DNA of 32,000 nucleotides from Coprobacillaceae bacterium (GTDB lineage Bacteria; Bacillota_I; Bacilli_A; Erysipelotrichales; Coprobacillaceae): NCBI GenBank assembly GCA_963675515.1, contig OY776328.1, positions 2,370,001 to 2,402,000 of the forward strand, read 5' to 3'. Shown piece by piece: positions 26,729 to 32,000 of this stretch (position 1 is its first letter; each line of letters starts with the position of its first letter). The notes under the pieces were generated by a model. It saw only the letters and a program-made list of their open reading frames with translations, ran no database searches and was not told where the DNA came from. The position numbers and the translations under genes were made by a program.

Positions 26729-26989
26729 TCATATCAGTTTTCTTCGAGTCATTTCATTCACTATAATATTGTTGGCCGCAGGCGAAAATTCATGGATGTA
26801 TTGATAAATATCCAACAAATCAACTCCCGACATACCCTTTATGATTTTAGTAAAATCGTATATGTCATCCTCATCACTTTCATTCAATTCGAGACCAAAT
26901 TCATAAGCCAAAAAATCTTCATTTTCAAAATCATCTTCATAGTCGTAATCAATTTCACCAAGCTGATTTCTAGTGTTGTAAAAACTCAT
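26729..26989 (-). CDS. Hypothetical small, highly acidic protein (86 aa)
   Basis: An ORF with its own candidate promoter (TTGATT ... TATAAT), an AAAGGAAA SD-like element and a terminator. About 21 D/E versus 6 K/R. I recognised no family. Confidence 0.55.
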   Translation of the reverse strand: MSFYNTRNQLGEIDYDYEDDFENEDFLAYEFGLELNESDEDDIYDFTKIIKGMSGVDLLDIYQYIHEFSPAANNIIVNEMTRRKLI

Positions 26990-27208
26990 TTTACTTTAGT
27001 TTCCTTTTCATCTCTTCATTAATTTTACGTGAATATTATTATATATTTCCACTTAAAAATCAATATGATTTTCACAAAACGGAATTAAATTAAGCAGTTT
27101 GAAACAATGCGATTTTCCAGTTTCATATCCTAAAAATATTTTTTTAGAAATGCTTTAATATGTTTCCAGGCAGCCGCATTTAAACAATCTGTGCGCGACT
27201 GAAATTTA

Positions 27209-27240
27209 GGAAAAAGAAAAACCTGGAATTCTCCAGGTTC
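27209..27240 (-). terminator. Rho-independent terminator ending the pfl operon
   Basis: Minus strand reads AACCTGGAGAATTCCAGGTT followed by TTTTCTTTTT, 5 nt after the stop of the 79-aa ORF. Confidence 0.8.
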
Positions 27241-27244
27241 ACTT

Positions 27245-27484
27245 TTACATACCTTCGTGGAAAGTACGTGAAATTACGTCGTTTTGTTGTTCTTTTGTCA
27301 GTTTGACAAAGTTTACTGCATATCCACTGACACGAACTGTCAATTGTGGGTATTTTTCTGGATGTGCTTGGGCATCCAATAATGTTTCGCGGTTGAAAAC
27401 ATTGACGTTAAGGTGGTGACCACCTTGTTCAACGTAACCATCCAACATGTTCACTAGATTATCTACTTGTTGTTCGTTAGCCAT
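27245..27484 (-). CDS. Stand-alone glycyl-radical domain protein (GrcA/YfiD-like), equivalent to the C-terminus of PflB
   Basis: 79 aa. [55 protein letters not shown] is collinear with the last ~65 residues of E. coli PflB, including the RVSGY glycyl-radical signature. Own SD: AAGGAG, 8 nt, ATG. Confidence 0.9.
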   Translation of the reverse strand: MANEQQVDNLVNMLDGYVEQGGHHLNVNVFNRETLLDAQAHPEKYPQLTVRVSGYAVNFVKLTKEQQNDVISRTFHEGM

Positions 27485-27498
27485 TTGTCTGTCTCCTT

Positions 27499-27714
27499 TT
27501 AATATTTGTCCGATCCCTCATCGCCATATAGTGGCATGTTTGGGATTTTGCAGGCAGTATCGCCGACTTCGCAGTTGCAGCCCTCGGTGATGCTTGCCTC
27601 TTGCAAATCCACTGTTTCAGGATTTTGAACTATTACATTAATATGTCCACTGCCTCTTTCGGCGATCGAATCCAACATATTAACAAGATCGTCAATATTT
27701 TGTTCCTTAGACAT
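27499..27714 (-). CDS. Diverged paralog of the glycyl-radical domain lacking the radical glycine motif (71 aa)
   Basis: The N-terminal 35 aa are about 55% identical to the 79-aa ORF ([32 protein letters not shown] vs [32 protein letters not shown]). The tail [13 protein letters not shown] replaces [12 protein letters not shown]. Own SD: GAAGGA, 7 nt, ATG. Confidence 0.65.
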   Translation of the reverse strand: MSKEQNIDDLVNMLDSIAERGSGHINVIVQNPETVDLQEASITEGCNCEVGDTACKIPNMPLYGDEGSDKY

Positions 27715-27730
27715 CTTAATTCCTTCTTTC

Positions 27731-29794
27731 TTATTTGTTATCTAAATCTTCAAGGTTAAGATCTACTTCAAGGTCACCCATGAATACTTGATCGTCCTTA
27801 CCTAAAGCTCCAGGAATGATTGAGAAAGTGTTTGAGATACCATCTTGCGCATCAGCGAATGGCAGCTTGGCAACTGAAGCCAATGATGAAACCGCTCCTG
27901 ATTTGTCGCGACCGTGCATTGGGTTAGCCCCTGGTGCGAATGGTTGTCCGGCTTTACGACCGTCAGGTGTGTTACCTGTTGCGTTACCGTAAACAACGTT
28001 TGAAGTGATTGTCAGGATTGAAGTAGTTGGCACTGAGTTTCTGTATGTGAAGTGGGTTTTCACATATCCCATGAATGTATGAACCAGCCAGTTAGCGATT
28101 TCGTCAACACGGTCATCATCGTTTCCGTATGTAGGGAAGTCACCTTCGATTTGGTAGTCAACAGCCAATCCAGCTTCATCACGGATCACTTTAACTTTAG
28201 CGTATTTGATTGCTGAAAGCGAGTCAGCTACTACTGAAAGACCTGCGATACCTGTTGCGAAGTAACGTTTTACTTCACGGTCATGCAACGCCATTTGGAT
28301 TCTTTCGTAAGCATATTTGTCATGCATGTAGTGGATGATGTTCAATGAGTTGACATAAACGTCAGCCAACCATTCCATCATATCTTCGTATTTTTCAATT
28401 ACGTCATCGTAATCTAAATATTCAGAAGTTACCGGACGGAATTTAGGTCCTACTTGCTTTTTCGATTTTTCATCGATACCACCGTTGATTGCGTATAACA
28501 AGCATTTTGCCAGGTTGGCACGGGCTCCGAAGAACTGCATTTCCTTACCTAATCTCATTGAAGACACGCAACAAGCGATTGCATAGTCATCACCATGAGA
28601 AACGCGCATCAAATCGTCATTTTCGTATTGGATTGAAGAAGTTTCGATTGAGATTTTAGCACAGAATTTTTTGAATTCATTTGGCAAACGTGTTGACCAT
28701 AATACAGTCAAGTTCGGTTCAGGAGAAGTTCCCAAGTTGATCAATGTGTGAAGGTAACGGAAAGATGATTTCGTTACTAAGTGACGTCCATCAACACCGA
28801 CACCACCGATTGATTCAGTTACCCAAGTTGGGTCTCCGGCGAAAATCGCGTTGTAATCAGGTGTACGGGCGAATTTCACAAGACGCAATTTCATGATGAA
28901 GTGGTCGATGAATTCCTGAACTTGTTCTTCAGTGTAAGTCCCGTTGTCCAAGTCACGTTGAGCATAGATGTCGATGAAAGTAGAAGTTCTACCCAATGAC
29001 ATTGCCGCTCCGTTTTGTTCCTTAACGGCACCCAAATAACCGAAGTACAGCCATTGGATCGCTTCTTTTACGTCTTTTGCAGGTTTTGAGATGTCAAAGC
29101 CATATGAAGCAGCCATTTCCTTCAATTCTTTCAAGGCGCGCATTTGTTCAGACAATTCTTCACGCAATTGGATATTTTCAGGGTCCATGCGAACTCTTGT
29201 TGTATCTTTTTGCCAGTTTTTGTCTTCGATCAGACGATCGATACCATAAAGTGCGACACGACGGTAGTCACCGATGATACGTCCACGTCCATACGCATCA
29301 GGAAGTCCAGTGATGATGTGTGAAGAACGGCAAGCTCTCATGTCTTCAGTATAAACGTCAAATACTCCAGCGTTGTGAGTTTTGCGGTATTTAGTGAATA
29401 TTTCCACAATTTGAGGATCAACTTCATAACCATTGTCTTTGCATGCTTGTACTGCCATACGGATACCACCGTTTGGTTGTAAAGCACGTTTGAAAGGTTT
29501 GTCTGTTTGGAATCCGACAATTGTTTCTAAATCTTGGTTTAAGTAACCAGCTCCATGGCTAGTCAAAGTAGATACGATCTTAGTATCCATATCAAGAACG
29601 CCACCAGTGGCTCTTTCTTGTTGAGTCAACTCCATTACTTGATCCCATAATTTCGTTGTTGCTTCAGTCGGACCTGCTAAAAAGCTGTCATCTCCATCAT
29701 AAGGAGTGTAGTTTTTTTGGATAAAGTCTCTTAAATCGATTTCTTTAATCCATTTACCAGCAGTAAATCCAGACCATTCATTTTTGAAATTCAT
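27731..29794 (-). CDS. pflB: Pyruvate formate-lyase (formate C-acetyltransferase) core, lacking the C-terminal glycyl-radical domain
   Basis: 687 aa. PflB-like throughout, with the Cys-Cys active site [12 protein letters not shown]. The alignment to PflB ends at ...[14 protein letters not shown], followed by a unique 17-aa tail and a stop. Confidence 0.9.
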   Translation of the reverse strand: MNFKNEWSGFTAGKWIKEIDLRDFIQKNYTPYDGDDSFLAGPTEATTKLWDQVMELTQQERATGGVLDMDTKIVSTLTSHGAGYLNQDLETIVGFQTDKPFKRALQPNGGIRMAVQACKDNGYEVDPQIVEIFTKYRKTHNAGVFDVYTEDMRACRSSHIITGLPDAYGRGRIIGDYRRVALYGIDRLIEDKNWQKDTTRVRMDPENIQLREELSEQMRALKELKEMAASYGFDISKPAKDVKEAIQWLYFGYLGAVKEQNGAAMSLGRTSTFIDIYAQRDLDNGTYTEEQVQEFIDHFIMKLRLVKFARTPDYNAIFAGDPTWVTESIGGVGVDGRHLVTKSSFRYLHTLINLGTSPEPNLTVLWSTRLPNEFKKFCAKISIETSSIQYENDDLMRVSHGDDYAIACCVSSMRLGKEMQFFGARANLAKCLLYAINGGIDEKSKKQVGPKFRPVTSEYLDYDDVIEKYEDMMEWLADVYVNSLNIIHYMHDKYAYERIQMALHDREVKRYFATGIAGLSVVADSLSAIKYAKVKVIRDEAGLAVDYQIEGDFPTYGNDDDRVDEIANWLVHTFMGYVKTHFTYRNSVPTTSILTITSNVVYGNATGNTPDGRKAGQPFAPGANPMHGRDKSGAVSSLASVAKLPFADAQDGISNTFSIIPGALGKDDQVFMGDLEVDLNLEDLDNK

Positions 29795-30009
29795 CTAATT
29801 TTAATACCCCCATATTAATTTTACTAGCAATTAACTTGAATTTTCCACCTTGTGAAAATATTTGAAAACGTGTTTTCCCACTAGCAAATACACTATATAC
29901 CTTTTTTAAAATAATTTCCAGTGATATCGCTTAAATATTTTTAAATTTTCCTTTATTTTTATGAGCTTATATATTATAGTGGATTTATATAAAAATTTGG
30001 AGGTATTAA

Positions 30010-30684
30010 ATGTCAACTAAGATTATGACAAGTGAGTCCTTTAATGAAGTTAAGAGCAACGTTCAAGAAATTCTTTCAAGTAATGTCGAAAAAAACAACA
30101 TTTTTTTATCTAGTCATTCCAAGAAAAATTTGGCCACTCATTTAAGCATCACCACAATTCGCATTCAAAACAGAAATTACATTCCTTTGTCAAAAGCGAA
30201 AGTTCTCGAGTATCAAGAAGATGAACTTTACCCGGTAGCCAAAGATATCTGCGATTCGATCGCCAACCAATACGCGATTGAATTCCCGGATAACGAGGTT
30301 TCACTGGTAACTATGTACCTGAGAAAGACAAACGCATTGGACTTGGAAATAACGACTGGAATCGACTTGCTTGATGATCAAACATACACTTATATAAAGA
30401 CAGCATTGAACAGAATCAAAAATGCTTACGGAACGGATTTTAGCAACAAGCAAAAATTCATCGTCTCAATCGGATTGCACTTGGAACCCGCCCTCGAGCG
30501 TCTTCAGGAAAATCGCCAGCTGACCAACCCGCTGACCGCACAGATCAAGGAGCGTCATCTCAATGAGTTCAACCTGGCTTCAATCCTGCGCGATGTCATC
30601 GAAGAGGACACCGGCATGGTATTGAATGATGATGAAGTCGCATTCTTGGCTTTGCACTTTGTCGTTGTGACCAAACACAAATAA
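30010..30684 (+). CDS. PRD-domain protein without a CAT/HTH nucleic-acid-binding domain (224 aa)
   Basis: PRD-type histidine contexts LATHLSITTIRIQ, SIGLHLEPALERL and EVAFLALHFVV. GGAGGT SD lies 7 nt upstream. Divergent from pfl. Confidence 0.7.
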   Translation: MSTKIMTSESFNEVKSNVQEILSSNVEKNNIFLSSHSKKNLATHLSITTIRIQNRNYIPLSKAKVLEYQEDELYPVAKDICDSIANQYAIEFPDNEVSLVTMYLRKTNALDLEITTGIDLLDDQTYTYIKTALNRIKNAYGTDFSNKQKFIVSIGLHLEPALERLQENRQLTNPLTAQIKERHLNEFNLASILRDVIEEDTGMVLNDDEVAFLALHFVVVTKHK

Positions 30685-30708
30685 ACACACCTCGCGGTGT
30701 GTTTTTTG
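30685..30708. terminator. Terminator between the convergent PRD-protein and murE genes
   Basis: ACACACC-TCGC-GGTGTGT followed by TTTTTT on the plus strand. Confidence 0.7.
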
Positions 30709-30709
30709 T

Positions 30710-32000
30710 TTAGTATATCAATTCATCGCCGCTGGGTTCGTAATTGTCCCCGTACACGTGCTTGATCGCTTCAAGCACCACTTCCTTGTCCCCGGCATAA
30801 TAGCTTGTACCCACTTCAAGGGCCATGAACCGGTCCTCGCCTTTTCCCAAAATCAGGATGATATCATTGGGGCTGGAAATCTCGATGGCCTGCTGGATCG
30901 CGATAAGCCGCTGGGAGATGACAATCGATGTCGCCTTTTTGAGGTTGTTCTGGACATCGAGGCAGATATTCCCGATCCCCTCCTCGTCGAGCCTTTCGTC
31001 CTGATTGGTCAGGATCACATGGTCTAGATAGCGGTCGGCGATTCTTCCCATTTGCTCCCTGAAGCGTTTGCCCCGGTAACTCGACGGTCCAAATACCCCG
31101 ATGATCCGACCATTTTCCTTAGCATATTTTCTGGCGAAGACGAAAACCCGTTCGTAATCAAAGAGTTCCTGGCAATAATCGACAACCACGTCGAATTTCT
31201 CATCGATGTCCAGGACTTCGTAGCGGCCCCCGACAACTTTCAGGGAATTCATGATCATGCCGATTTTCTCCGTTTCCACCTGGCAGGCCTTCATGATCGC
31301 TCCCAGGGCAAGAAGATGATATAGATTGTATTTCCCGACCAGTTTGGTGGCTACCGGTATTTCCTGACCATCAAAGCACAATGTGAATTTGCTTTGCTTG
31401 AGGGAAAGATCCAGATTCTTGGCATATACGTCACTCTTGTCAGTCAGGGAATACGTGATGACCTTGGCTTTGGTCACTGTCTTGAACCGGTCGAAGTACT
31501 TGTCGTCCTCGTTCAAAATCGCATAATTTTCCTCCGATAGCTGACTAAACAGCGATAGCTTGGCTTCAAGATATTCATCGAAGGTCCCATGGAACTCGAG
31601 ATGGCGTGGTTCGATTGAAGTCAAAACCGCGATGTCAAACTGGATATCCAGGAACCGTTCCAGCGCCAGGCCGATGCTCGAAACCTCGATTGTCGCCAGT
31701 TGGACATCCCGGGACACCATCCGTGAAAGATGCTGGTGGAGGGAAATGATTTCCGGAGTGGCCAATGGCTGGCGCAGGTCGATTCCATCGTAACATAGAC
31801 GGTCCGACCCGAAATATCCGGTTTTGTATTTGTATGACAGCGCCTGGTCGATCAATGTCGCCAGGGTCGTCTTGCCCCCGGAACCGGTGACCCCGATTGT
31901 CATCATTTTGGTCGAAGGGTAGTCAAAGAAGATATTGGCGACCCGGTTGAGCTGTGCCTTGACATCATTTACTTTGAGATAGATGATGTCGGGACGGTAT
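30710..32000 (-). CDS. murE: Mur ligase, MurE-like (UDP-MurNAc-L-Ala-D-Glu:diamino acid ligase), incomplete at the 5' end (start beyond the right edge)
   Basis: The frame stays open upstream of the track start to the window edge (..RPDIIYLKVNDVKAQLNRVANIFFDYPSTKMMTIGVTGSGGKTT), matching the MurE N-domain/P-loop junction. Mur ligase middle and C-terminal domains follow. The DNPR position reads NQDER. Confidence 0.75.
   Translation of the reverse strand, partial: YRPDIIYLKVNDVKAQLNRVANIFFDYPSTKMMTIGVTGSGGKTTLATLIDQALSYKYKTGYFGSDRLCYDGIDLRQPLATPEIISLHQHLSRMVSRDVQLATIEVSSIGLALERFLDIQFDIAVLTSIEPRHLEFHGTFDEYLEAKLSLFSQLSEENYAILNEDDKYFDRFKTVTKAKVITYSLTDKSDVYAKNLDLSLKQSKFTLCFDGQEIPVATKLVGKYNLYHLLALGAIMKACQVETEKIGMIMNSLKVVGGRYEVLDIDEKFDVVVDYCQELFDYERVFVFARKYAKENGRIIGVFGPSSYRGKRFREQMGRIADRYLDHVILTNQDERLDEEGIGNICLDVQNNLKKATSIVISQRLIAIQQAIEISSPNDIILILGKGEDRFMALEVGTSYYAGDKEVVLEAIKHVYGDNYEPSGDELIY

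Noticed and set aside
29850-29877. A canonical Rex box, FNR/CRP box or cre upstream of pfl.
   Set aside because: Only one half-site (TTGTGAA) is good. The second half matches TTCACAA at 3-5 of 7 positions depending on spacing. TGAAAACGTGTTTT matches the cre consensus at only about 11 of 14 positions. I report it only as a shared 10-mer observation.
1-32000. CRISPR arrays, tRNA/rRNA genes, IS elements, integrases and prophage genes.
   Set aside because: I saw no regularly spaced repeats, no cloverleaf-like or rRNA-like segments in the intergenic regions, and no transposase- or integrase-like translations in any listed ORF.

Overview
The window looks like a chromosome segment from a Gram-positive (Bacillota-type) anaerobe with a backbone of about 50% GC. 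I found no rRNA, tRNA, CRISPR array, transposase or integrase. From left to right:

1. A low-GC Type I restriction-modification island on the minus strand (hsdR-hsdS-hsdM). It is followed by a terminator and an extra start-less hsdS target-recognition cassette that runs off the left edge.
2. The nadA-nadB-nadC-niaR operon for de novo NAD synthesis, with a palindromic operator candidate.
3. A MATE efflux gene.
4. A TPP riboswitch in front of thiT.
5. An SDR oxidoreductase.
6. A uracil permease.
7. A four-gene operon of unknown function: two NifX/NifB-like domain proteins flanking two MinD-type ATPases with 2x[4Fe-4S] ferredoxin inserts.
8. A membrane protein followed by coaBC.
9. A sugar cluster on the minus strand: PRD/EIIB/EIIA regulator, PTS ascorbate-family IIA, IIC (split by a 1-nt frameshift), IIB, two-subunit transketolase, transaldolase/F6P aldolase and deoC.
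10. A ~28% GC islet (one line counted) with a monocistronic, highly acidic 86-aa ORF.
11. An unusual three-ORF pyruvate formate-lyase locus.
12. A PRD-only protein lacking an RNA- or DNA-binding domain.
13. A murE gene that is incomplete at its 5' end.

The strongest candidate for something undescribed is the pfl locus. The 687-aa PFL core stops just before the glycyl-radical domain. That domain is encoded as a separate 79-aa ORF with its own Shine-Dalgarno (SD) sequence. Between the two lies a 71-aa diverged paralog in which the RVSGY radical loop is replaced by a Cys-flanked EVGDT sequence.

Secondary leads are the silent hsdS cassette, the NifX/MinD-ferredoxin operon, and the PTS-transketolase cluster that has no ascorbate-pathway enzymes. 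All family assignments come from reading motifs in the supplied translations by eye. No database search was run.
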